Shown here one piece after another: positions 44,911 to 52,961 of a stretch of DNA of 52,961 nucleotides. This DNA comes from a virus (taxonomy: Duplodnaviria; Heunggongvirae; Uroviricota; Caudoviricetes). The stretch is taken from the IMG/VR virus record IMGVR_UViG_3300025769_000070; one strand, given 5' to 3'. The stretch's first letter is position 1, and every line of letters begins with the position of its first letter. A program made the position numbers and the translations under genes. Under the pieces are notes generated by a model. The model saw only the letters and a program-made list of their open reading frames with translations, was not told where the DNA came from and did no database searches.

Positions 44911-45734
44911 TTATGAAAACCATTACATTGAAAGAGTTAAAAGACTTAAATTATAGTCCAAAAGGTGTCTCTAATTACAAATTAATAGAAGGAGAATGTT
45001 CCAAGTGTAATCAAAATTTTGAGTATTCAAATGTAAAAAAATTTTTACGAAATAGAAAATCAAATCAAAACAAAGACGAATGGGATACTTGTGCTAAGTG
45101 CTATCTGAAACTTAAGACTATTGAAGATTCAAAATGGATGGAAGCTAACAGACAGGCTCAATTAATAGCTCAAAATAGACCAGAACAAAAGAAAAGAAAC
45201 GCAGAAGGCGTTTCTAAAAGTTGGGACCAAGAGAGAAAATCAAAAGCTTCAGATTTTTTAAAAAAAAGATGGGAAAACGAAGAGGGGTTTGCTGAGAAGG
45301 CTCTTAAAAATTTCGAATGGACTCAAACAAATGATGAGAGGCATAATGAGATTCTAAAAAGGTCTCTAGGAGCTGGTGGGCTTAAAGGAGAGTATCAGGG
45401 GATCAGATACGATAGTGCTGTTGAATTATCTTTTTTATTGTGGTGTGAGAATAAAAATATTCCCATAAAAAGATATGATTTAGCTCCTATCTCTTATTTG
45501 GCAGAAGATGGTAAAACAAGATTGTATTTTCCAGATTTCATTATTTACCACAATCAGATTATAGAGATCAAAGGTTTAGGGGTGTATTATCAAAAAAATT
45601 ATCAGAGAAATTTGTTAAAAATAGACGCTGCACAAAAATTCTGTCAAAATTATAAAGTAATATTTAGTGACGATGAGTGCTTGAAGAAATTCTATAAAAA
45701 AGCTAGAAAGTTACATCATGAAACTAAAAAATAA
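44907..45734 (+). CDS. free-standing putative homing endonuclease (TnsA-N-like PD-(D/E)XK)
   Basis: YDSAVEL, YFPDFII, IEIKG; N-terminal CxxC...CxxC; lies between IntN and IntC. Confidence 0.72.
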   Translation: MIMKTITLKELKDLNYSPKGVSNYKLIEGECSKCNQNFEYSNVKKFLRNRKSNQNKDEWDTCAKCYLKLKTIEDSKWMEANRQAQLIAQNRPEQKKRNAEGVSKSWDQERKSKASDFLKKRWENEEGFAEKALKNFEWTQTNDERHNEILKRSLGAGGLKGEYQGIRYDSAVELSFLLWCENKNIPIKRYDLAPISYLAEDGKTRLYFPDFIIYHNQIIEIKGLGVYYQKNYQRNLLKIDAAQKFCQNYKVIFSDDECLKKFYKKARKLHHETKK

Positions 45735-45822
45735 GAAACTGACTAAACATACTGGTAAAGTATATGATCTTTCTGTGACAAATTCTCACACGTATAATGT
45801 TGAAAGCTTAGGTGTTCATAAT
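45718..45822 (+). mobile_element. split intein C-fragment 1 (35 aa)
   Basis: Basic N-terminus, VYDLSV (block F), HTY...VHN (block G), Ser at +1. Confidence 0.9.
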
Positions 45823-46506
45823 TCAGCCGCAGGCAGTTTAGTCTCTTATTTAGTTGGTATTACTCTGATTGACCCTATTCCTTACGGCCTTCTATTTTCA
45901 AGATTTTATAACTCAGCACGTATTGGCTCATTACCCGATATTGATGTTGACTTCCCACCAGATTTGCGTGAAGAGGTCATTAATTATCTTAGAGAAAAAT
46001 ATGGTCACGATAAAGTTTGTCAGATGGTGACTTTTGGACGGTTGCAAGGTCGTGGAGCACTAAAAGAAGTATTAAGGATTAATGAGTCATGTTCGTTCGA
46101 AGAGATGAACATGATTACGAACAAGATACCACTAGAGTCACTTCTTTCTGATAAGCTGGAAGAAATGGAAAAACCTTCAGTAATTAAATGGTGCTTAGAA
46201 AATGACCCAGACGCTCTAAGAGAGTATTGCGTAGAAGTTGATGGTGAGCTTTCTGGTGATTATGCAAAACAATTTGAACAAGCATTAAGAATTGAGGGGA
46301 TATTTAAATCTCAAGGCAAACATGCTGCTGGAGTGGTTGTTTCATCTGTTCCATTAGAACAGTTCTGCCCAATGGTTAAACCAACCAAGGGGGAAGATTC
46401 TGTAGCTGGATTTGAAATGAGCGATTTAGAAGCGGCTGGCGGTGTTAAGCTCGACATATTGGGTGTAAATTTATTACGTAAAATAGAAATGACATGTCAT
46501 GTGTGA
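45718..46506 (+). CDS. dnaE: DnaE fragment 2: split-intein C-part plus catalytic palm
   Basis: 35-aa IntC ending VHN|S, then SAAGSLVSY, PDIDVDF, KHAAGVV, KLDILG. Confidence 0.92.
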   Translation: MKLKNKKLTKHTGKVYDLSVTNSHTYNVESLGVHNSAAGSLVSYLVGITLIDPIPYGLLFSRFYNSARIGSLPDIDVDFPPDLREEVINYLREKYGHDKVCQMVTFGRLQGRGALKEVLRINESCSFEEMNMITNKIPLESLLSDKLEEMEKPSVIKWCLENDPDALREYCVEVDGELSGDYAKQFEQALRIEGIFKSQGKHAAGVVVSSVPLEQFCPMVKPTKGEDSVAGFEMSDLEAAGGVKLDILGVNLLRKIEMTCHV

Positions 46507-46661
46507 TGTAGAAAAAGTAATGGATGATATTTTTTTTGATATATGGTACGATTCGGCTGATCAATTAGATAATGAAGAATTAAGGAAAATAGAAAATATT
46601 ATTTACGATAATATTAACAGCCTAAATATAATTATGCAAAACTTTTATTTTAGAGAATTTT

Positions 46662-47342
46662 ATGATATATAATACATATTGTGTGTACGATTTAGAGACT
46701 ACATCACCCTCACCAAAAACTACACAAATAGTGCAAATTGCTGCCAAGATGGTCAATAGCAGAACTTTAAGTATAATTCCGGGGTCAGAATTTCAGTCAT
46801 TAGTTCAACCTAGTTTTGATCCAGAATTTTGTAAGCTTCATAGATTAGATTTACTTCAGCCGGGGGCTATAGCAGTACATGGTAAAACTGAAGCAATGCT
46901 TAGAACGGCACCCACACTAAAAGCCGTTTGGTCAAATTTCTGTGAGTATGTGAAGTCTTACAATTACAAAGGGACTAATTGGACAGCACCAATTCGAGTT
47001 GGATATAATAATAAAGGGTTCGATGATATCATTGTTGAAAGGGTTATGTGTGACTCACCTTGGGAATATGGACCATCTTCTAAAGATAAAAGCAGACAGG
47101 ATTTATTTAACAAATACTCATCAATTGACGTATATGATATTATGTTACTGATGTTTGAAAATGATAAATCTGTTAATAAGTTAGGGGCCGATGCTTTAGT
47201 ACGTGGACATATGGGTTATTCGAAAAAGAATGCTCACGATGCTATGGCTGACGTAGATATGACGGCGGAATTATTCTGTACGGTACAGCGTTCTATTCGG
47301 GCATTTGCAAAGACTAAGAATTTTAAAGGAATGTTTAACTAG
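46662..47342 (+). CDS. DEDDh 3'-5' exonuclease (DnaQ/epsilon-like)
   Basis: YDLETT, GYNNKGFD, HDAMADV. Confidence 0.88.
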   Translation: MIYNTYCVYDLETTSPSPKTTQIVQIAAKMVNSRTLSIIPGSEFQSLVQPSFDPEFCKLHRLDLLQPGAIAVHGKTEAMLRTAPTLKAVWSNFCEYVKSYNYKGTNWTAPIRVGYNNKGFDDIIVERVMCDSPWEYGPSSKDKSRQDLFNKYSSIDVYDIMLLMFENDKSVNKLGADALVRGHMGYSKKNAHDAMADVDMTAELFCTVQRSIRAFAKTKNFKGMFN

Positions 47343-47361
47343 TTATAAAAAGAAAGTAATA

Positions 47362-48069
47362 ATGGAAATTCCCCAACTTTTTCGTGAGTCACGTTATGGT
47401 ATGCCAAGTGCAGACCAAATTTTACCTAATAGGAACTATTTAATTGGATACTCCTATTTATTCCGGCAGCCTCGCTGGGCGATGCAGGTAATCGATGGAT
47501 CGGCATCTGATGTATCTGTAGACCGTCAGGACTGCTTCAGACCTGATTTAAGAATCCCCGAAACCTTCAGAGCTACATTATCTGACTATGCGGGTTCTGG
47601 TTACGATAGGGGGCATCTTGTTCCATCTGCCGATAGCAACGAGACACGTCTAGAAAACAGCGAAACATTCTTACTCTCTAACATGAGTCCTCAAGCCCCA
47701 GACATGAATCGTCGATCTTGGAGAATTCTAGAGTCAGCAGTTAGAAAGATTGCACAAAAACCTGAAGTAGTAGAGGTCTATGCTATTAGCGGACCTGTTT
47801 TTGATTTATCAAAACCATTTACTAAAATAGGTGATGATGTTATTGTCCCGCATGAGTTTTTCAAGACTGTTTTAGTTGAAGATAATAAAGGTAAGATTGA
47901 TTTTTGTTCATTCCTTTTACCTAATGAAAAAACAAATACTACTTATAAAGACCACGTTGTTTCTGTTAAATATTTAGAGTTTAGAACCGGACTGCTTTTA
48001 TGGGATCGTCTAAAAGGGAGTTCAATAGAAAAGGCAAAAACAAAGAAAACTATCCGTAAAGGAATATAA
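47362..48069 (+). CDS. DNA/RNA non-specific endonuclease (NucA/EndoG family)
   Basis: YDRGHL, SNMSPQ, SGPVF, VPHEFFK; start moved to ATG 47362. Confidence 0.9.
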   Translation: MEIPQLFRESRYGMPSADQILPNRNYLIGYSYLFRQPRWAMQVIDGSASDVSVDRQDCFRPDLRIPETFRATLSDYAGSGYDRGHLVPSADSNETRLENSETFLLSNMSPQAPDMNRRSWRILESAVRKIAQKPEVVEVYAISGPVFDLSKPFTKIGDDVIVPHEFFKTVLVEDNKGKIDFCSFLLPNEKTNTTYKDHVVSVKYLEFRTGLLLWDRLKGSSIEKAKTKKTIRKGI

Positions 48070-48085
48070 AAGAAAGATTCAATAA

Positions 48086-49681
48086 GTGAATAATCTAGAT
48101 ATCACTAAAATACCTTTAGACGATCAAAAAACTTGGGACTTAATTTGCTCTGGTAACACTAAAGGTGTGTTTCAGCTAGAAACTAACTTAGGTAAGCATT
48201 GGTGTAAAGAGTGTAAGCCAAGAAGCATAGAAGAGTTATCAGATGTTATTAGTGCTATTCGGCCTGGATGTATTTCCGGAGATTCGTTAATAACAATTAA
48301 AAATAGAACTTATGATACAAGATCTAATACATACGCTAAGAAGACAATCAGGGAATTATGCAATAATGCACATAAAGTAACCAGTCTGTTATCTCTTGAT
48401 ACTTCGTCTAAGAAAATTATAGACAACGGCATTGAAGATATTTTTTATAGTGGTGAGAAAGAATGTTTTGAGGTTTTAATAACAAATTATTCAAAGGGGA
48501 AGAAAAGACTACAGGTTAAGAAAAAATGGCATGATCTGGAGTGTACGGCAGAGCATAAAATGTTGACATCTGATTTAAATTGGGTTTCTTTAAAGGATTT
48601 GAAACCTGGTCAAAGAATAGCATGTCTGAAAAAAGCTAGTAACAAGACTAGAATGTCTAATACTATTAGTAATAGACATGTAAAAGATGGGCCTAGAATG
48701 CCTAATGTAGATGGTACTAGATATTTTGCTGAAATATGTTATAAAAACTATATAGAAGAATGTGTTATATGTGATTGGGATGAAACAAGTTTAGATACAC
48801 ATCATATTGAAGGAAATAGACATACCAACAATAAACCAGAAAATTTAGCTTACTTATGCCCTAATTGTCATAGAATGCATAATATGTCTTTAATAAGTAC
48901 AGATGAAATACTGACAAAAAGAAAGGAAAAAGAACTGCCAAAATTTGAAGGTGTTGAATGGGTCACTTATTTAGGTAAGAAATCTGTTGGGGTAAAAGAC
49001 ACTTATGATATTACTATGAAGTCTCCTAACAATAATTTTATAGCTGGTAATTTTATTGTACACAATTCATTAAAGGCAAAACAAGATGGAAAGTCCATGA
49101 CTCAGCACTATGCTGATAGAAAATCTAGTAAAGAAGAAATGGACAGTCTATACGGACCAATTGACCATATAGTCGCTAGTACTCAGTCAATTATCCTCTA
49201 TCAAGAGCAGTCAATGAAGATTGCTCAGGTGATGGCGGGCTTCTCGGAACAACAATCAGATACTCTGAGAAAATCAATCGGTAAAAAAAATGCGTCCCTG
49301 ATGGCAGAGGTAAAGGTTCAATTTTTAGAAGGATGTAAGCAGCAAGGACACTCAAAAGAGGACTCCGAGCGAATCTTTGAGATTATCGAAAAAAGTTCTA
49401 GATATAGTTTTAATAAATGTCTTGCCTTGGATACATTAGTTGAACTGGAAAACGGCGATATGATTACAATTGAAGATGTATCTATTGGAGATAAGGTAAA
49501 AACTCCGGATGGTTATGCCGTCGTAAAGAATAAATACAATAATGGCATCCAAGACGTGTTCCGAGTTAATATTGGAGGCAAAGAAATCAAGTGTACTATT
49601 ACCCATAAATTTTTAAGTAAAGACGGGAAAATTCTCCCATTATGGTCTTTTCTATTTACCGGACAACCCATACATGAATGA
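48086..49681 (+). CDS. dnaE: DnaE fragment 3 with an HNH cis-intein and a C-terminal split-intein N-part
   Basis: GVFQLE, AIRPG|intein|SL, ILYQEQ.M, LRKSIGKK, YSFNK then CLALD. Confidence 0.92.
   Translation: MNNLDITKIPLDDQKTWDLICSGNTKGVFQLETNLGKHWCKECKPRSIEELSDVISAIRPGCISGDSLITIKNRTYDTRSNTYAKKTIRELCNNAHKVTSLLSLDTSSKKIIDNGIEDIFYSGEKECFEVLITNYSKGKKRLQVKKKWHDLECTAEHKMLTSDLNWVSLKDLKPGQRIACLKKASNKTRMSNTISNRHVKDGPRMPNVDGTRYFAEICYKNYIEECVICDWDETSLDTHHIEGNRHTNNKPENLAYLCPNCHRMHNMSLISTDEILTKRKEKELPKFEGVEWVTYLGKKSVGVKDTYDITMKSPNNNFIAGNFIVHNSLKAKQDGKSMTQHYADRKSSKEEMDSLYGPIDHIVASTQSIILYQEQSMKIAQVMAGFSEQQSDTLRKSIGKKNASLMAEVKVQFLEGCKQQGHSKEDSERIFEIIEKSSRYSFNKCLALDTLVELENGDMITIEDVSIGDKVKTPDGYAVVKNKYNNGIQDVFRVNIGGKEIKCTITHKFLSKDGKILPLWSFLFTGQPIHE
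48269..49066 (+). mobile_element. cis intein (266 aa) with HNH endonuclease
   Basis: Starts CISGDS, CTAEH in block B, ends IVHN|S. Internal CVIC...THHIEGNRHTNNKPENLAYLCPNCH. Confidence 0.9.
49418..49678 (+). mobile_element. split intein N-fragment 2 (87 aa); partner not in the window
   Basis: CLALDT (block A), IKCTITHKF (block B), then stop. Confidence 0.87.
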
Positions 49682-49840
49682 ATTTATAGAAGATCAATAT
49701 TGGAAAGATTTTAATAATGGAAAGAATCTAGATAAGTACGGAATAAAAACGATAAAAGTTATCATGTTAGATAGGTGGCAGTCACAAGACCCATCCTTTT
49801 TTGCATTCAAAAATAGAGAAGAATTATTAAGAGTTGGTAA

Positions 49841-50275
49841 ATGACTAATAATGCTTATTCAAAGATCAATAATGTTGACCCTAGCCACATAATGGAATGG
49901 TTCTACTCCAGTGTCTGTGAGGCTGGTGGTGATGGTGCAGCGGTCATCTGTTGTGGAAACCCAAAAGAAACCTCTGAATACTTCATTCAATGGTGGAAGA
50001 AGCGATATTTACCACAAATGAAGAAGAACGGATATAAAAAAGATGAATTCTGGCATCCCGTAGAAGAATATACTGGACAAAATGGAGAACTTATATTAAA
50101 CTATCATGATGGCAACGAGAACTTTATGTTCTGTGATCAGGTTGTTGATCTTGGTCATGGTGATGTTAGTTTTATTGTCGAATCGGACTGTAAGACTCTT
50201 GATGGAAAATTTACATGCCAGAAAGTTATAAAGTTAGATATGTACGATAATTGGAATAAATGGGGGGAAAATTAG
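49841..50275 (+). CDS. hypothetical protein
   Basis: 144-aa ORF. Confidence 0.6.
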   Translation: MTNNAYSKINNVDPSHIMEWFYSSVCEAGGDGAAVICCGNPKETSEYFIQWWKKRYLPQMKKNGYKKDEFWHPVEEYTGQNGELILNYHDGNENFMFCDQVVDLGHGDVSFIVESDCKTLDGKFTCQKVIKLDMYDNWNKWGEN

Positions 50276-50372
50276 AGCTAGAGTAACTAATAGCATCAAC
50301 ATGAGTAACTACATACTATAAAAATTGAACTTGACATAAGCCGTACTAAACGTCTTTTTTTGGATTTAGATT

Positions 50373-50909
50373 ATGAATATTTTTGTACTTTCTTATGACC
50401 CCGTAGAAGCAGCCCAGTCGCAAGTCAACCGTCATAATATAAAGATGATTTTGGAAAGTGCCCAGCTACTTTGCACTGCTCACCATATGTGTCCAAAATA
50501 CGAACTGCCTATCAAGTTCTATCGTAAAACACACCACAATCACCCGTGTGCCATATGGACTCGTGAGTCGTCTGATAATTATAAATGGCTCTGCAAGCAC
50601 GCTATCGCTCTATGTGATGAATATACTTACCGTTACGATAAGACACACGCATCACGAGGAATTATTGAGTGGTGTTACGATCATATTCCTGACTTACCAG
50701 ATATTGGTCCAACCTCTGTTAGACTTGCTATGCCGGATGAATACAAAAATGATGATCCGGTAGAATCTTATAGAAATTATTATTACTATGATAAAGGTAA
50801 AAATATTCAATGCGAGTGGAAACGTAGAAATCCACCAGACTGGTGGAACAGAATGTTAGCACTTGACGAACTTACAAAACAAGCACAAGAATTAGATATG
50901 GGATATTGA
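50373..50909 (+). CDS. pyrimidine-dimer DNA glycosylase (DenV/endonuclease V family)
   Basis: MNIFVL, H.IKMILESAQLL, HHNHPC..W, DPVESYRNYY. Confidence 0.85.
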   Translation: MNIFVLSYDPVEAAQSQVNRHNIKMILESAQLLCTAHHMCPKYELPIKFYRKTHHNHPCAIWTRESSDNYKWLCKHAIALCDEYTYRYDKTHASRGIIEWCYDHIPDLPDIGPTSVRLAMPDEYKNDDPVESYRNYYYYDKGKNIQCEWKRRNPPDWWNRMLALDELTKQAQELDMGY

Positions 50910-51073
50910 CATTTAGGCTCTATTCGTGAAATAATCCGCCTTTCGCAAGATTGTCCTTTGAAAGCCTACTCTTACGTATCAGGAAAAATAAATGACTGAC
51001 AAGTCAGATTTTATTAATACAGGTATGTCATACAACAAGTTAGTAGAAGAACTAAAAAGAGAATTTAACCTAA

Positions 51074-51328
51074 GTGATTGGTCCGCAAGACAGATCATTG
51101 CTGTTGTATGTAACTGGCTGGAGGAAAGTAATACTAATGACTGATTGGAGAGATATTGTAGAATTTAATAGAGACTGCAATAAATGGGAAGTAATTCTCA
51201 AGGGGTATTGTTGTACCACAGAAGAACAGAAAGTTATTTCAGACTGTTTCATAAGAATGAGAGATAGATTTGAAACAACACGGCTGCGAATGGCGGAACT
51301 TAATGCTACATTAGGAGTTGATGAATGA
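51074..51328 (+). CDS. hypothetical protein; true start may be downstream
   Basis: Ends GVDE in the repeated junction. Confidence 0.5.
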   Translation: MIGPQDRSLLLYVTGWRKVILMTDWRDIVEFNRDCNKWEVILKGYCCTTEEQKVISDCFIRMRDRFETTRLRMAELNATLGVDE

Positions 51329-51597
51329 GTTCTGACGAACATAAAAACAAAGCTGACGCATATGTAACGTGCCGTGATGGAAAGATTAGATACTTTACCG
51401 CAGATGATGGTGAAGTTTTTCATTATAAGGGGCGGAAATATACTTATCTATTGTGGGATGAGACTGAAGGCAGGGGACTTATTACTATGTTTGTTTATGG
51501 AGATAAGTACCTTTTGGCCCCTAGTCATATGCAACCTGTTCTTGTTGAGGCAAAAACTTGGGCGGGTCGTTGGAATTGGGAAGGGGTTGATAAATGA
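51325..51597 (+). CDS. hypothetical protein (MSSDEHK...GVDK)
   Basis: Bounded by junction repeats. Confidence 0.65.
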   Translation: MSSDEHKNKADAYVTCRDGKIRYFTADDGEVFHYKGRKYTYLLWDETEGRGLITMFVYGDKYLLAPSHMQPVLVEAKTWAGRWNWEGVDK

Positions 51598-51821
51598 GTT
51601 CTGACGAACATAAGACAAAAAGAATTGTAGATATAAATGGTGACATTATTTGTGAACCAGAACATTATCATGAATGCCTCAAATGGGGGCGGGAAATGAT
51701 TGATAAGATGGAAGAGGATAATGTTGATAGATCTGACATGCTGGTAATCATAGAAAGATTAGCATTTGAAATTCGTTTTACTTTGACTATGTTGAAGGAC
51801 CGCGAAGGAGTTGATAAATGA
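51594..51821 (+). CDS. hypothetical protein (MSSDEHK...GVDK)
   Basis: Bounded by junction repeats. Confidence 0.65.
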   Translation: MSSDEHKTKRIVDINGDIICEPEHYHECLKWGREMIDKMEEDNVDRSDMLVIIERLAFEIRFTLTMLKDREGVDK

Positions 51822-52009
51822 GTTCTGAAGAACTAAAAGAGAAAACATTCTATCTTGTAGATACCCCATTCATTAAAGGTAAATTCCAGTATATTGGTGA
51901 AGTGAATTTGGGAAATCGGAAATATCTGTTTCAGCATTTAGCGATTGATATGTATCTAACAGAAGATGAAATTATGTGGTATGTAAACGAGGATAGATCA
52001 GATGACTGA
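51818..52009 (+). CDS. hypothetical protein (MSSEELK...)
   Basis: Starts in junction repeat 3. Confidence 0.6.
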   Translation: MSSEELKEKTFYLVDTPFIKGKFQYIGEVNLGNRKYLFQHLAIDMYLTEDEIMWYVNEDRSDD

Positions 52010-52202
52010 ACTTTGCTTGGGTCTTCTTACATTTGCTGTATTATTCCCCATTTATATGATAATTAGGTCACGGTCAAATAATCCACCTAAAAACTGGTGG
52101 CAGTATCATACTAGGGACTGTGGAACGAAGTATCGTGGGTGTTCACCTGATTGTCCTAAAGATATTTATGAACGAACTGGTGAATGGAGGGGTGACAAAT
52201 GA
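52002..52202 (+). CDS. small single-TM protein
   Basis: N-terminal hydrophobic helix; C-x6-C-x3-C. Confidence 0.6.
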   Translation: MTELCLGLLTFAVLFPIYMIIRSRSNNPPKNWWQYHTRDCGTKYRGCSPDCPKDIYERTGEWRGDK

Positions 52203-52633
52203 GAGCGAGGGTAACTGACAGCATAAGCGAAGCAATTCAATGGTTCTGCGAAGACGAAATTGAAATTGGCGATCCTTTGTATGGAAGCTGCGACGACAAT
52301 CCTATGATGGCCCGAAGTTTTAAAAATAGAAAACCGGGAGATAAATTATTAGGCGTCTCTACCGTATATGTGGTAAATATTGATTTAACAAAGCACCCAA
52401 GTCATGCCCGTTCAGATGTAGTAAATTTAGGAAATAAGATCAGAATCTTACAAGATGGTGAAATTGTTATCCATAGGAAATATGATAAAATACCCACAGG
52501 GCAACCAATATACGTCTCCAAAAAGGGTAAGATCACTTGGAGAAAACAATGTGAACATATAGGCTGGGCATCATCCAATCAAGATAAAGATGGGTTTTTG
52601 AAAGTTAGGGTAAAGATCAATGAGAGATATTAA
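52199..52633 (+). CDS. hypothetical protein
   Basis: 144-aa ORF, ATGA overlap. Confidence 0.55.
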   Translation: MRARVTDSISEAIQWFCEDEIEIGDPLYGSCDDNPMMARSFKNRKPGDKLLGVSTVYVVNIDLTKHPSHARSDVVNLGNKIRILQDGEIVIHRKYDKIPTGQPIYVSKKGKITWRKQCEHIGWASSNQDKDGFLKVRVKINERY

Positions 52634-52961
52634 ATTTCGGGTTTGGCACAAAAAAGAAAACCGATGGCTTGATCCGTGGGCAGAGGAAGATCCTATTCTT
52701 TCTTTAAAGGACTACGGAAAAGGTTGCGAGGTATTTCTTTATGACAGAAAAAGTAAAGAACACAGTAATATCAACTGCCAAATGGATGATGTGGTCATCC
52801 AACAATACACTGGCCTTAAAGATAGAAACGGTGTTGAAATTTATGAGGGTGATATTGTAGAAAGACGACGAGAAAGAGGTCTTGTTGACTTTAATAGCAA
52901 AAATTATGCCCAGATACCCGGCTGGAACCTTCTACTGTATCAGTATGTCCCATACCAAAAA
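52620..52961 (+). CDS. YopX-family phage protein, partial
   Basis: Manual translation MRDIKFRVW...QYTGLKDRNGVEIYEGDIV; runs off the window. Confidence 0.85.
   Translation, partial: MRDIKFRVWHKKENRWLDPWAEEDPILSLKDYGKGCEVFLYDRKSKEHSNINCQMDDVVIQQYTGLKDRNGVEIYEGDIVERRRERGLVDFNSKNYAQIPGWNLLLYQYVPYQK

Larger units (their letters stand above)
51314..51837 (+). repeat. three copies of a 31-bp gene-junction repeat (51314-51344, 51583-51613, 51807-51837)
   Basis: Consensus GGAGTTGATAAATGAGTTCTGACGAACATAA; copies 1 and 2 differ at 2 positions. Confidence 0.85.

Noticed and set aside
44656-45717. Group I or II intron joining the dnaE fragments
   Set aside because: The flanks carry complete intein blocks A/B and F/G with separate stop and start codons, and I could not identify intron core elements.
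50906-50935. Sigma70 promoter TTGACA-N18-AATAAT
   Set aside because: The -10 box lacks its first conserved T, and such matches are frequent by chance in AT-rich DNA.
257-51604. Numerous short ORFs nested in or antisense to well-supported genes (e.g. 257-457, 6504-6752, 30012-30383, 42274-42639)
   Set aside because: They are fully overlapped by genes with clear family motifs and have no motifs or RBS of their own.
51314-51837. 31-bp direct repeats as a CRISPR array
   Set aside because: The spacers are about 190-240 bp and are open reading frames, the repeat contains start and stop codons, and no cas operon is adjacent.
1-52961. Stop-codon reassignment (alternative genetic code)
   Set aside because: Long conserved genes are intact under the standard code and end in TAA, TAG and TGA. 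The dnaE breaks coincide with intein boundaries or inserted genes.

Overview
This window is best read as about 53 kb of a large, AT-rich tailed dsDNA phage genome (inference). The evidence is dense small ORFs, overlapping stop/start junctions and a full replication and nucleotide-metabolism set (SSB, ThyX, dCMP deaminase, class II RNR, dUTPase, PhoH, RecA, DnaB, primase, dNMP kinase, DnaE-type polymerase), with no ribosomal or other host housekeeping genes. It has three parts. (1) Bases 1-13.5 kb: a minus-strand glycan biosynthesis cluster with a His-type DegT 3-dehydratase, a GDP-fucose-synthase-like reductase, a B12 radical SAM enzyme, a minimal TPP-dependent E1-alpha/E1-beta pair, five GT-like genes and GmhA. 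Together these suggest an unusual deoxy- or branched-chain sugar. (2) About 13.55-15.2 kb: a GC-rich island at the strand switch with three integron attC-like sites (91-93 bp) and no integrase in the window. By the extrahelical-base rule the cassettes are inverted relative to their ORFs, and two ORFs start (SD + ATG) inside the attC loop. (3) From 15.2 kb on: plus-strand phage genes. These include a second glyco/sulfo/methyl-transferase cluster, a membrane module (PAS, papain-like amidase, serine protease), RecA with a class 3 intein, and a DnaE broken into at least four ORFs (two split inteins, one HNH cis-intein, one intein-less break). The right end has a run of small ORFs joined by a repeated 31-bp junction sequence. 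Family assignments come from motif recognition by eye; no searches were run.
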